Source: Acidimicrobiia bacterium
Lineage (GTDB): Bacteria; Actinomycetota; Acidimicrobiia; Acidimicrobiales; JANYDT01
Direction: 5' to 3'
Length of the DNA stretch: 64,000 bases
NCBI GenBank assembly: GCA_031368215.1
Contig: JANLRD010000171.1
Span: 13,933 to 77,932, forward strand
This document shows positions 36,739 through 46,480 of the stretch, piece after piece. The notes under the pieces are model-generated. The model saw nothing but the letters and a program-made list of their open reading frames with translations. It was not told the origin of the DNA and did not search any database. Within the stretch, counting starts at the first letter, position 1. Each line of letters begins with the position of its first letter. The position numbers and the translations under genes were made by a program.

Positions 36739-36740
36739 CG
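36721..36740. repeat. 10-bp tandem duplication (ccagtcaacg x2) at the Wzy-PD40 / GT2 gene junction
   Basis: Read directly from the sequence. One copy supplies the VDW codons of the upstream gene. The other supplies its TGA stop and, in another frame, the VDW codons of the GT2 ORF. Confidence 0.8.
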
Positions 36741-39700
36741 GACATCTCCTGGATTCGCTGCGTGACCTGCAGAGGACGGTCAGTACGTTTCGCGAGATCG
36801 ACAACTCTCAGATCGGACTGACCCGGAGGGGTGAACGAGACGTACAACAACCGCTTCCCGTCCGGTGACCAGACCGGCGAAAACGCACCCCGGCCTTTCG
36901 GGTCAGCGATCACGTCGAGCCGCCGGGTACGCAAGGTGGCACGCATGAGGAACCAACCGTCGATCCGAACGCCGGCCGACCTGTCCAGAGTCCCCGCTCC
37001 GCTCAGTGACGGAAGCGGACCCTGTCCGCGATAGCTGACAAAAGCCAAAGACCGCCCGTCAGGCGACCACGCCGGACTGAAGTTCATATGGACGTCGTCC
37101 GTGACCTGAACGGCGTTGCGCCCGTCAGCGTCCGCAACGAGGATCTGCCGTGTTGCTCCAACGTTGGACGAGAACGCGACCCGCCGACCGTCAGGCGAAA
37201 ACCTAGGCGACAAGTCCGTCACGCTGTTCGCACCGGCGGTAGCGTTCGTGAGGCTGATCACCTCGCCCGAGACGAGGTCTAGTCGGAGGATGAAGGACTC
37301 GCCGGTAGGCGAGACGTTCGTAAACACCACGTAGCGACCGTCAGGCGAGATATCAGGATCGGCGTTCGCACGCTGCTCGCCATCGGGCACCGCGTCACGC
37401 CAGTCCTCGATCGTCGGCCCGGTGAGACGTCGTAGGTTGGTCCCGTCGGCGTTCACGACGAATATTTGCAACGACGGGTCGACCAAAGCGACACCGGTCG
37501 TGATCGCTGAGTCAAGCAAACCAAACGTGAAGTGCCTGATTCGCTTCGCTTGCGCCGGTTGCCTGGGCTCAACGGGGTAAGCGTCGAGTGGCGCAGTGGC
37601 TGCAAACACGATCCTTCGCCTGTCACGGCTCCACCGCCCGGACACGACACGGAGGTTCGCTGGCAGCACAAGGGGCTCTTCACCCCACCGGTCACTGCCC
37701 GACGACCACACCGACGGTGCACCTTTGTCGTCGATACCGGAGAAGAGCAGTCCGCCCTTGGGGCGCAGTGCACCGAACACCGGGTCCGTGCCGGGTCCCG
37801 TATGATCGGTCCAGTCGAGCCAGGTCAGCGCGAGGTCCTGGGTAGCGGCCACGACTCGAGGGTTTGAGCCGTCAACGTCGATCGCACAGACGCACATGTC
37901 ACGCGATGACAAGGCAGCCACGAATCCAATCGCCTTGCCGTCCGGCCGCCACACGGGGTTGAACGCCGAAGGCTCGTTGGGGGCGCAGCGGTTCGTCGGC
38001 GCCCGTGTCGCGCAATCCAATCCGACGTTAAGCACGCGCTCGGCCCCGGTTGCCAGATTTCGCACAGGGAGGAACCAACCGCGGAGCTTCACCTGGAGTT
38101 TTTCCGTGCCAGGATCCCTTGGGTTATCGCCACCGCGGTATGAGCTGTAAGTAAGCAGGCGGCCGTCCGGAGAGATTGCGGGATCAACGTTGTAATTCGA
38201 ATCGACAACGAGGTGCCGACGACCGGAACCATCCGACGCCATGGTGTCGATCGCGGTCGGCACAGTCTTCGACAGGTCGTCGGCAACTGTGTTGGCGAAG
38301 ACGATCCGCGAGCCCCCGGCGTACCAACGGGGATCGGCGTCGAAACCGCCGGCACGTGTTTGTGCAGCCGAGACGTTGGTCACCTCAAGCGTTGCCGTGT
38401 CGAGCCGGAACAAGCCGATGTGCTCGAACTGCGGCCATGACGACGTGAAGATGATCGAGCGGCCGTCAGGCGAGTCCTTCGGCTGCTGATTACGCCAAGC
38501 GTTGTTCGTGAGCTGCACTCGCTCGGTTCCGTCTGGGTCCATCACGTAGACCTGTTCAGGGGACCCTTCGGGGCCGCGGCGCGCCGTGAACAGAATCTTC
38601 GTCCCGCCGAACGCCCATACCGGCCAGAAGTAGTCGAGTCCGTCATCGGGCGTTATGCGTGTCAGCGTTCCGTTACGAGACCGGTAGATCCCGTGACGCC
38701 CGGTCGAGCGTTCGGCACCGGCGACGATGACGTCAAGGGACGTGGACTCCGATGCGTTCGCGACCAGCGGAGAGTCGTCCGACGTCTGCGCTATCGCCGG
38801 CGGCGAGTTAATGGCCAGACAGGTCCCGCAGAGAAGAAGGAAGGTAATGCCCAGACGTCGGGTCGTTGGTTTAGGTCGCACTGCGGGGCCGCTATTGAGT
38901 CGAAATCGGACCAGACGTCCAGATCTCGTCTGGAAACGTCTTCGCTGAACTGAATGCCGCTCGAATGTTCCATCGCGCTCCGAGATCTCAGTGCATGCCA
39001 GAACCAGGCCGGTCAACATCCAAAAGAGCGTCCGAGGAGCTTCCTGGCGAAGAGCAAAGAGCAAATTCTCTTCGACAGCGAAAAAGAGAAAACACGCCGC
39101 CACTCCGGCGCCGATTGCGCTAAATAGACGATCTCTGCTTCGGGAGAGTCGAACGGCGGCGTGGAGCAACCCACCCATGACGAACAGCAGGCCCACCATC
39201 CCAACGACACCCGTCTCCGAGAGCTGGAGGAGATAGAGGTTGTGCACCGGGTTACCGGCAAAAATGACGCCCGCGTTCTCGAACTTCGGTGCGACGACTT
39301 GAAAGTTGTTCAGCCCTCTACCGATTAGAGGTGATCCGACGAACATCTCGGTCGCGACATCGTTGAGCTGCGAGCGCGAGTCGATCTCGACGGCGAAGTG
39401 TGCCGTGTGGAAATTGTCTCGGTAGAGGCTGACCAGTTGCGGGGAGGCGACGGTGACGAGCCCAAGACCGAGCGCCACCCACACGGCCAGTGCTCGCCCC
39501 GGCAAGCGGTTCGTGACTACCGCCCACAGAACGAGCACCGGTGCTGCGACCGCCACACCGAGCAAAGCCGCTCGTGTCTGCGAAATCATCAACGGACAGA
39601 AGGACGCCGTGCTGACGATCAGACAAATCACCCGCCGGCGACGCCCTTGGAGCCCGAGCGCCAAGGCGAGCGCGAGCAAGCCAATCTGGCCGAGGAATGC

Positions 39701-40438
39701 GGCCATGAACACCGGATGATTGATCGTTCCGAACGGTCGGTTCAGCACGCCCTCGGTTGTGACACGGCCAGCCACCATCGTGGTGGGGGTGCCGAGGAAC
39801 GACAAACCCAGCGGACCGCCAGTCACTTTTTGTCCAACAACGATCACTAGCTCGATCGCGGCGATCGTCCCGAGGGACGCCAGCACGAGATGCACGTCGT
39901 GACGGGAGCGGACCCTAGCTGCAACAAGCAGGAAAAGGGCAAACAGCGCCGCCATCCGGAAGAATTCCGCCAGGACGAGCCCACGGTCTTGAGCTACGAG
40001 AGCGCTCGGCAGCAGCAAGATGGACGAGAAAAAGGCAATCCGCACCGATGGTCGGCTCATCAGTCGCCTCAGGTCGACGGACATCGTGCCCTCAAAAAGC
40101 CAGAAGCCATACAAGAGCACCACCAGCACGTCGAGGCTCGACACATAGAGCCCAGGAGCGCCGCTGGGTACGAAGGACAGCGAGCCGAGCGACTTCTTTA
40201 CAACGAGTCCAAGCGACAGCACGGTAGTGACCAACAAGATGTCGCTGCGGCGCGGCGTGATCAGAAGGACCGTTCCGAACACGACCGCGGCCACCAACGC
40301 TGCGGAGATCTTAAACCCCATCAGCGCACCGATCCACCCCAAGCCCGCGGCAAGAATGCAGAGCGAAAACAAGCGGCGACGCCCGACGACGAATCCGTCC
40401 GGTGAGGCGGTCGAGGTGTTCATGGACAAATCGGACAT
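36725..40438 (-). CDS. O-antigen ligase/polymerase (Wzy-like) membrane domain fused to about 750 aa of PD40 beta-propeller repeats
   Basis: About 480 aa polytopic N-terminus with Wzy_C-like loop, an extra TM (LGITFLLLCGTCLAI), then many SPDG/DPDG PD40 units (DSPDGRSIIF, ISPDGRLLTY, ISPDGRYVVF, FSPDGRRVAF, WSPDGRSLAF, WSPDGKRLLY). Confidence 0.75.
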   Translation of the reverse strand: MSDLSMNTSTASPDGFVVGRRRLFSLCILAAGLGWIGALMGFKISAALVAAVVFGTVLLITPRRSDILLVTTVLSLGLVVKKSLGSLSFVPSGAPGLYVSSLDVLVVLLYGFWLFEGTMSVDLRRLMSRPSVRIAFFSSILLLPSALVAQDRGLVLAEFFRMAALFALFLLVAARVRSRHDVHLVLASLGTIAAIELVIVVGQKVTGGPLGLSFLGTPTTMVAGRVTTEGVLNRPFGTINHPVFMAAFLGQIGLLALALALGLQGRRRRVICLIVSTASFCPLMISQTRAALLGVAVAAPVLVLWAVVTNRLPGRALAVWVALGLGLVTVASPQLVSLYRDNFHTAHFAVEIDSRSQLNDVATEMFVGSPLIGRGLNNFQVVAPKFENAGVIFAGNPVHNLYLLQLSETGVVGMVGLLFVMGGLLHAAVRLSRSRDRLFSAIGAGVAACFLFFAVEENLLFALRQEAPRTLFWMLTGLVLACTEISERDGTFERHSVQRRRFQTRSGRLVRFRLNSGPAVRPKPTTRRLGITFLLLCGTCLAINSPPAIAQTSDDSPLVANASESTSLDVIVAGAERSTGRHGIYRSRNGTLTRITPDDGLDYFWPVWAFGGTKILFTARRGPEGSPEQVYVMDPDGTERVQLTNNAWRNQQPKDSPDGRSIIFTSSWPQFEHIGLFRLDTATLEVTNVSAAQTRAGGFDADPRWYAGGSRIVFANTVADDLSKTVPTAIDTMASDGSGRRHLVVDSNYNVDPAISPDGRLLTYSSYRGGDNPRDPGTEKLQVKLRGWFLPVRNLATGAERVLNVGLDCATRAPTNRCAPNEPSAFNPVWRPDGKAIGFVAALSSRDMCVCAIDVDGSNPRVVAATQDLALTWLDWTDHTGPGTDPVFGALRPKGGLLFSGIDDKGAPSVWSSGSDRWGEEPLVLPANLRVVSGRWSRDRRRIVFAATAPLDAYPVEPRQPAQAKRIRHFTFGLLDSAITTGVALVDPSLQIFVVNADGTNLRRLTGPTIEDWRDAVPDGEQRANADPDISPDGRYVVFTNVSPTGESFILRLDLVSGEVISLTNATAGANSVTDLSPRFSPDGRRVAFSSNVGATRQILVADADGRNAVQVTDDVHMNFSPAWSPDGRSLAFVSYRGQGPLPSLSGAGTLDRSAGVRIDGWFLMRATLRTRRLDVIADPKGRGAFSPVWSPDGKRLLYVSFTPPGQSDLRVVDLAKRTDRPLQVTQRIQEMSVDWR

Positions 40439-40450
40439 TTCGAACCGGAC

Positions 40451-41455
40451 TTAAAGGGTTGACGGTTGAGAGACGGGTAAGGGCCGTGGCGAACGGGCCG
40501 GCGCCGAGCGGAAGCCAGCGTTGGTGTGGTGCATCAGCACCTTCCAATACATCCACTGTGCAACCCGGCTGTCAGAGTGCACCGGACGCGAGTCGAGCCA
40601 TCGTTCGAGGGGTGGAACAGTCCAACGGTTGAACAGAACTTCGCGCACAAGACCCCGCGTTATCGCCCGCGGCGAGTTCTCCAGTGACAAGACGCCGTAG
40701 CGCTCCTTAACCCCCGATTCGGGGATGAGGTGCGTGAGGTCGCGAAGCCCTCTGCCAATCGCTCGCTGGACGCGCCCCGCGCTCGCAACCGTGTGTGGGT
40801 GGAAGTGCTCGCCGCGCGCGCCCGGGTTGTAGATGGCGCGGAGGCCGGCTCGTTCGATCCACCGATAGCCCAACTCCACGTCCTCGTTGCCGATCTCGGC
40901 CCAGTCCTCGTGGAACCGAAGGTTGCGATCGATGACCGTGTCTCGAGGCAGGGACAGATTCATGCTCCAGAAGTGCTTCCAGCCGACCGGCCCACCGGCG
41001 TTTTCAGCAATCTCGTCGTACGCGAACGGTTGGTAGAACCGCGTGAAAGGAGTCTGAACCATCTTCTCGGACTGGCGGACGAAGCCTAAAACCGCAACCG
41101 GCTCCGGTGCGTGCGCGAGATGGGTTCGCGCATGCTCTCGAAGGAACTGCGGCTCTACCCAAAGATCGTCATTGATGAAGAGCACGTGATCGAACTTCGC
41201 CTCGTCCGTGCCGCGGTTTCGCTTGACGGCTGGCAACCGCTCAGGCATCCAAAGAAGTCGCACGCGACCGTCGGTGTCACGCTCGTGCGCACGCACCATC
41301 TCCGGCGTCCCGTCGATTGAGTTATCAACAACGAGAACTTCGAAACGGTCGGACGGGTAGTCCACCTCGAGCAGTAGTTGGATCGTCCGATCCACCACCT
41401 CGCACCGGTTGTATGTGGGCATGACGATCGAGAAACCGGGGAGGTTGGCGTTCAA
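40451..41455 (-). CDS. Glycosyltransferase family 2
   Basis: FSIVMPTYNRCEVVDRTIQLLLEVDYP...VLVVDNSIDGT...INDDLW. Confidence 0.8.
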   Translation of the reverse strand: MNANLPGFSIVMPTYNRCEVVDRTIQLLLEVDYPSDRFEVLVVDNSIDGTPEMVRAHERDTDGRVRLLWMPERLPAVKRNRGTDEAKFDHVLFINDDLWVEPQFLREHARTHLAHAPEPVAVLGFVRQSEKMVQTPFTRFYQPFAYDEIAENAGGPVGWKHFWSMNLSLPRDTVIDRNLRFHEDWAEIGNEDVELGYRWIERAGLRAIYNPGARGEHFHPHTVASAGRVQRAIGRGLRDLTHLIPESGVKERYGVLSLENSPRAITRGLVREVLFNRWTVPPLERWLDSRPVHSDSRVAQWMYWKVLMHHTNAGFRSAPARSPRPLPVSQPSTL

Positions 41456-42942
41456 GGCGTGACCTCACCGACTCGGCTCTCAGCGGATCCCTTGAAGAGG
41501 GAGCGCGCCCCGGCAAGTGAAAACACACCTGCGGCGCGCAGGATGACGGGCCACGAGGCCACGCCGACCAAGAGGGATACCCACCAGGTGAGTCCGAGCC
41601 CTCGGTACAGCACCGAAACTGCGCCGCTGAGAGCAAACATCCCAAGGGCGATTCGCACGAAACGCACTGGCTGCAACGGGCTGTCGGTGAGCCTCGTGAC
41701 CGCGATCGTCGAGCACGCTACGAGGAAGAACGAGGTCAGCAGCGTTCCGAGGGCTGCTCCTTCCGGTCCGTAGCGGCGTACGAGAAATACATCGACGATG
41801 ATGTTCAGCACGATCGCTGCCGAGACGTACACCAGCGTGACCTGCTGGCGTCCCGCCGCCACAAGCACAAACCCCTGCCAAACATTGACCACCATGAAGA
41901 TCAACGCGAAGGCCAGCGTTTGAAGCGGACGGACCGCTCCCGCATACTTGCCTGCGTAGACCGACTGGACGAACGGGTCACCGAGTACCAGCAATATCAT
42001 CGGCACTGGGGCAACGACGGCAACGAGCGCCTCAGCACCGTGCTGGTACACCTTCCGAAAGCGCCCCCTATCCGGTATGTAGGTCGCGGCGAGGATAGGG
42101 AACAGCACGTTCGTCAGGATGATCGACGTGAGCAGCACGTTCTCGATGGGCTGGAACGCAGCCCCGTAAACGCCGACATCGGTTCGTGGACGAAGAGCTA
42201 CCAGAACCAGAGCATCGAGCTTCAGGTACGCGACACCCGCTATCCCAATAAGAGCGAACGGGAACGCCTCACGAAGCAAGGCAGGGAGTGCGCGCCAGTC
42301 GACACGAAGACTGAGACCAAAACGCGAGTAGACGATGAACGCCATCAGCGCAACACCAATCCACGCAGATGCCACCGGCGCCGCAACGATGGCCACGAGC
42401 CCGGCCGAGCGTCGGATCAGCACGACGATGATGATCAACTCGAGCAACTCAATCGCAGTTCGGATTGCCGCGTCATACTCTTGACGCAGTTCCACTTGAA
42501 AGATGATCCCGATCGACATCAACGCATCCGTAAAGAAGAGCAGGGACGACACGAGCACTGCGAAGTGGACGATGCGATCCGCACCGAACGCGAAACACAC
42601 GCCTTGCGCGGCCGCTGCGGTGACCAGACCGGTTGCCATGCGAGCGGTCAGCATTGAGCCGAGAATCGCAGGGGCGACGGCCGGGTCCTGCGAAATGGAT
42701 CGCACGGCGAGGTTGCGAAGGCCGAACTCGCTGACGAGCGCGAACACCGCGGTGACCGTGATGACGAATACATAGTCGCCATAGCGTCGCGGTCCGAAGT
42801 AGCGGATGAGAGCCAGCGAGATGCCGACATTGACGCACAGGTGGACCCCTCTTGCAAGCAGCTGAGCAATCGTGCTCACTGCTACAGAAACAGCAACGGG
42901 TCGGGGCGAGCGAGCGCGTTCTATCCCAATGTTGACGCTCAC
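41452..42942 (-). CDS. Polysaccharide flippase (Wzx / MOP superfamily)
   Basis: About 14 predicted TM segments. GTG start in a GTGA overlap with the Wzz stop; the track ORF extends to 43059. Confidence 0.7.
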   Translation of the reverse strand: MSVNIGIERARSPRPVAVSVAVSTIAQLLARGVHLCVNVGISLALIRYFGPRRYGDYVFVITVTAVFALVSEFGLRNLAVRSISQDPAVAPAILGSMLTARMATGLVTAAAAQGVCFAFGADRIVHFAVLVSSLLFFTDALMSIGIIFQVELRQEYDAAIRTAIELLELIIIVVLIRRSAGLVAIVAAPVASAWIGVALMAFIVYSRFGLSLRVDWRALPALLREAFPFALIGIAGVAYLKLDALVLVALRPRTDVGVYGAAFQPIENVLLTSIILTNVLFPILAATYIPDRGRFRKVYQHGAEALVAVVAPVPMILLVLGDPFVQSVYAGKYAGAVRPLQTLAFALIFMVVNVWQGFVLVAAGRQQVTLVYVSAAIVLNIIVDVFLVRRYGPEGAALGTLLTSFFLVACSTIAVTRLTDSPLQPVRFVRIALGMFALSGAVSVLYRGLGLTWWVSLLVGVASWPVILRAAGVFSLAGARSLFKGSAESRVGEVTP

Positions 42943-44564
42943 GACTGGGGCTCGGCGATGGTGAGGTCGATCTGGTCGCCGCTGCCTGTTGTACGGTCCG
43001 AAACGGCAGGTTTGGGGGAGCGGACATCGAACGCATAACCAGGTGCCAGCGTCACCCATGTGTAGTCCCAGTCGTGCTCAAGTACAGACGGCTGGGCGAA
43101 TGCACCGCTGCGGCGGAGCGACCGATACGTCGCGACGAACGCAAAGAGTCCCCCGAGCACGAGCCCGAGGATGAGGTACATCCAGCGCGCAGGGGCAGCG
43201 GGATACAAAGGCAGCCCTGCCTTATCGAGCCGCGTGAGCTCGACCGATCCGCGTTGGGTTCGTGACACAGCCTTTTCGTACTCCGTGCTCAGGTTGCGCA
43301 CGATGTCCTTCGCCAGTTCTTGGTTCAGTGCGAGAACCCCGAGGCCCGCTTCAGTGTCGGGTAGTGAAGCCGCCGCCTCGGGCTTGGCATCGACGAACTT
43401 CTTCAGTGACGCACTCTTCGCGGAGAGGCCAGCAATCTCAGCGGTGAGCCGCTGGCTCGTGGACAAGAGGTCCGTGTAATTCGAGTTGGCACTGCTATTT
43501 GAAACCTCAGTCGAACTTCGACCGGTCTGGATGGAGGTCTTGCTGTTCGTCGTCGGCGCGGTCTTGGCGAGCTGGGCCTTCGTTTCCGCAAGCCGGGCCT
43601 TTACTGAGCTCAGCTCGGCCTCGGTGCTGTTGAGCTGCGTGCGCAACTCCTGAAGGCTCGACGCGCTGAGCGCGAGCGACGCGTCGAGACTCGTAATGTT
43701 GTTCGCCCGCTTGTACTCCGCAACTGCTTGTTCCGCTTCTGCTTGACTCGTAAGCGCTTTATCAAGCTGCATCGCGATGGCAGCGCGATTGGCCTCGGCC
43801 TCGGTCGAGGACCGCGTGCTGCTCATCTCGACGAGTACGTCCGCCGCGGTGTTCGCGATGTCCCGGGAATCTTCCGGCGTCCCGCCAACAGCCGAGATCT
43901 CGACGACAAACGAGTCGCTGACAGCACTGGCGCTCAACCCGGTGGAGACATCTTCCAGCGCCTGATCGCGCTTGGTCGGCTCGCGGTACATGCCATGGCT
44001 GACATACGCGCGGCCCCGTTTGATGATCCCGGCGACGACCGCCTTAATGTCGTGGATCCCGCCGGTCTCATCGGGACGCTGATCGAGCTTCAGCCGCGTG
44101 ACGATCCGCTCGGCGACGTCGTGGGTGCCAAGGACAGCTATCTGGGTACTCGTGAGAGAGGTGGCCAGCGTCGAATCGACGATGCCGGGCTGGCTGCCGA
44201 GGTCGGTGCCCGTGCTGCTAAGGATCGTCGCATCTCGACCACGCACGAGCACGCGCGTCGATGATTGGTACGAGGCCGGGATTACAAAACTCCCAAGAAA
44301 CGCGAGGATTCCAGCGATGAGGGCGACGACAGGGACCCGCCACCAGGCGCGAAGTTTCAGTTCCGGCCGCTCCTCGCTCGACCGCTGGTGCCGGTAACCA
44401 TCGGCTCGATCAGATTGGTCGTTCGGTAACTGAGTCGAGCTGCGGACTGAAGTGGTCTCGTCGCGTGCAATGGACCGGCGCCGAAGGGACGGGCGCCTCC
44501 AGCGGGTGCGCCTCGATTGCTCAGTGAAGCTGGGCGGAGTTTCCATATCGTTCGGCACGTTCAT
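42939..44564 (-). CDS. Polysaccharide chain-length determinant (Wzz/GumC-like), no kinase domain
   Basis: N-terminal TM (VVALIAGILAFLGSFVI) + Wzz motif SYQSSTRVLV, a long coiled-coil region, and a C-terminal TM (WMYLILGLVLGGLFAFV). Confidence 0.7.
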   Translation of the reverse strand: MNVPNDMETPPSFTEQSRRTRWRRPSLRRRSIARDETTSVRSSTQLPNDQSDRADGYRHQRSSEERPELKLRAWWRVPVVALIAGILAFLGSFVIPASYQSSTRVLVRGRDATILSSTGTDLGSQPGIVDSTLATSLTSTQIAVLGTHDVAERIVTRLKLDQRPDETGGIHDIKAVVAGIIKRGRAYVSHGMYREPTKRDQALEDVSTGLSASAVSDSFVVEISAVGGTPEDSRDIANTAADVLVEMSSTRSSTEAEANRAAIAMQLDKALTSQAEAEQAVAEYKRANNITSLDASLALSASSLQELRTQLNSTEAELSSVKARLAETKAQLAKTAPTTNSKTSIQTGRSSTEVSNSSANSNYTDLLSTSQRLTAEIAGLSAKSASLKKFVDAKPEAAASLPDTEAGLGVLALNQELAKDIVRNLSTEYEKAVSRTQRGSVELTRLDKAGLPLYPAAPARWMYLILGLVLGGLFAFVATYRSLRRSGAFAQPSVLEHDWDYTWVTLAPGYAFDVRSPKPAVSDRTTGSGDQIDLTIAEPQS

Positions 44565-44576
44565 GGGGGCCGTTCT

Positions 44577-45488
44577 TCAGCGCTCGAGGAGCGCGTGTGT
44601 GGAAAGACCGCGTGACCGCGTGTGGACGCTGAGATAGTTCGCAGCGATAAGGGTTAATGCCCTCGCTGCGAGAGCTCCAGCAGCGAGCCACCGCAAGGGG
44701 TTCCAAAGTTGCGGCGCTTCGAACGTCTTCCAATACAAATACGCCCCGCGATGGAAGTGCCTGATCACCGGGGCCGGCCAGCCGCTCCGGCTTCCGCCCT
44801 CCTTGTGCACCACGGCGGACGCTGGGACGGTCCAAACCTTGAGGCCGCGATTCGACATCCGATGACACCAGTCGGCGTCCTCCCAAAACAGGAAGTAGCG
44901 CTCGTCGAATCCACCCGTCTCCTCGATGATCCGGCGCGGAATGAGCATGCAGGCGCCCGACACCCAATCGCAGACAAACGGCTCGTTGCCCGCGTCGAGC
45001 CCGGAAAGAAAGCGCCGAGACCATCGGTTGGCAGGGAACCGACGTGTGAGAGGTGAACGACGTCCGAAGATGCCCGCAGCGGCGGTCGGAAACGAACGAG
45101 CCGTTCCCTGGTCACGGCCGTCTGGGTAGTACAGGCGAGGCGCGGCGATTCCCAGGCCTTCGTTCTCAGCGGCAAAACGAATGAGCATGTCGATGGAGCC
45201 GGGCTGACTGATCGTGTCGGGGTTCAACACCAGTACGAACGGGGCCTCGCTCGCTCGCATCCCCACATTGACCGCTCGAGCGAAACCCACGTTCTTCTGC
45301 ATCTGTATCGCTCGCACTTTGGGGAATCGGTCGACGAGCACGTCGACCACGCCGTCGGAGGAGGCATTGTCAACGACGACGACGTCGTACGAGTAGGACA
45401 CCGCTTCGTCGAGGGCTTCAACGCACCGGACGACGTCGTCGCCAGAGTTGTAGGTGACGATCACGACGGAAAGTTTCACCTCGTCCAT
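44577..45488 (-). CDS. Glycosyltransferase family 2
   Basis: LSVVIVTYNSGDDVVRCVEAL...VVVVDNASSDG...NVGFARAVN. ATG overlaps the upstream stop by 1 nt. Confidence 0.8.
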   Translation of the reverse strand: MDEVKLSVVIVTYNSGDDVVRCVEALDEAVSYSYDVVVVDNASSDGVVDVLVDRFPKVRAIQMQKNVGFARAVNVGMRASEAPFVLVLNPDTISQPGSIDMLIRFAAENEGLGIAAPRLYYPDGRDQGTARSFPTAAAGIFGRRSPLTRRFPANRWSRRFLSGLDAGNEPFVCDWVSGACMLIPRRIIEETGGFDERYFLFWEDADWCHRMSNRGLKVWTVPASAVVHKEGGSRSGWPAPVIRHFHRGAYLYWKTFEAPQLWNPLRWLAAGALAARALTLIAANYLSVHTRSRGLSTHALLER

Positions 45489-46480
45489 CAAAACGCTCCG
45501 CGGCGCAGCAGGACGACGAATGCGGTGCGTCCAAGGATTTTCAGATCGAGCCAAAGGCTTTGGTGCGAGACGTAGTTGAGGTCCAAGCGCAGTCGCTCGC
45601 GGACGGTTAGGAGGCTACGGCCTTTCGTTTGCGCCGACCCGGTCATGCCCGCCTTCGTGAGAAGGCACGAAAGTTCAATCGCGGAATAGCGGCACACGAG
45701 CTCGGGGAGATCGGGGCGCGGCCCGACGAGACTAATGTCCCCCTTCAGCACGTTGACTAGATTCGGGAGTTCGTCAAGCGTGGTGCGCCGCAACCATCGG
45801 CCAAACGGCGTATTTCGTGGATCGTCGGCGACTTTGTAGAACACATCGTCGTTATGCGCAGTGTGGTCCAGCGTCACGTAGTAGTCCGGGAACCGCTCGC
45901 GCGCGTCGACGTACATCGTTCTGAACTTGATGAATGTGAAATGGCGCCCGTTCCTGCTGACACGCTGCTGTTTGAAGAACGCAGGGCCGGAAGAATCGCG
46001 ACGAATGAGAACAACCAGCGCCAACATCAACGGTGCAGTAAAAACAAGAAGAACAACTGCGCCCACGATGTCGAGCGCGCGTTTCAAGAACCGATACGTA
46101 AGGGTGTCATTCGGTAAAATGACAAATTCAGCCAGCTTCAATTTACGCGCAAGAAGTTCCTCGGTGGTCTCGTCAACGAGCTTCGACTTCTCCTTGCATC
46201 CGACGTCGGACTCAATGACGGATTCCGGCCATTGCGTGAGATCGATCAACCCAGGATGCGGCGGCCCGGTGGTTAGTGTCACCGAAAGGCTTCGGTGGCT
46301 ATTTTGGACGGGCGTTTCAGCGACCATTGGGGCGCCACCGACGTGGCGCGAGGCCGTCGATGACGGCCGTTGTCTGCTGCTGACGACCGGTCCGGCGGCC
46401 AGCGTGCGCACAAATTCATCAACCGGCGACCGCTGCCCTCGCCACGACAATTGTCGGGTGCCGTTTCGGTTCTGGCCCAC
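45488..46480 (-). CDS. Polyprenyl-phosphate sugar phosphotransferase (bacterial sugar transferase, WbaP/EpsL-like priming enzyme)
   Basis: KRALDIVGAVVLLVFTAPLMLALVVLI...GPAFFKQQRVSRNGRHFTFIKFRTM...DPRNTPFGRWLRRTTLDELPNLVNVLKGDISLVGPRP. The start is uncertain. Confidence 0.8.
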   Translation of the reverse strand: MGQNRNGTRQLSWRGQRSPVDEFVRTLAAGPVVSSRQRPSSTASRHVGGAPMVAETPVQNSHRSLSVTLTTGPPHPGLIDLTQWPESVIESDVGCKEKSKLVDETTEELLARKLKLAEFVILPNDTLTYRFLKRALDIVGAVVLLVFTAPLMLALVVLIRRDSSGPAFFKQQRVSRNGRHFTFIKFRTMYVDARERFPDYYVTLDHTAHNDDVFYKVADDPRNTPFGRWLRRTTLDELPNLVNVLKGDISLVGPRPDLPELVCRYSAIELSCLLTKAGMTGSAQTKGRSLLTVRERLRLDLNYVSHQSLWLDLKILGRTAFVVLLRRGAF

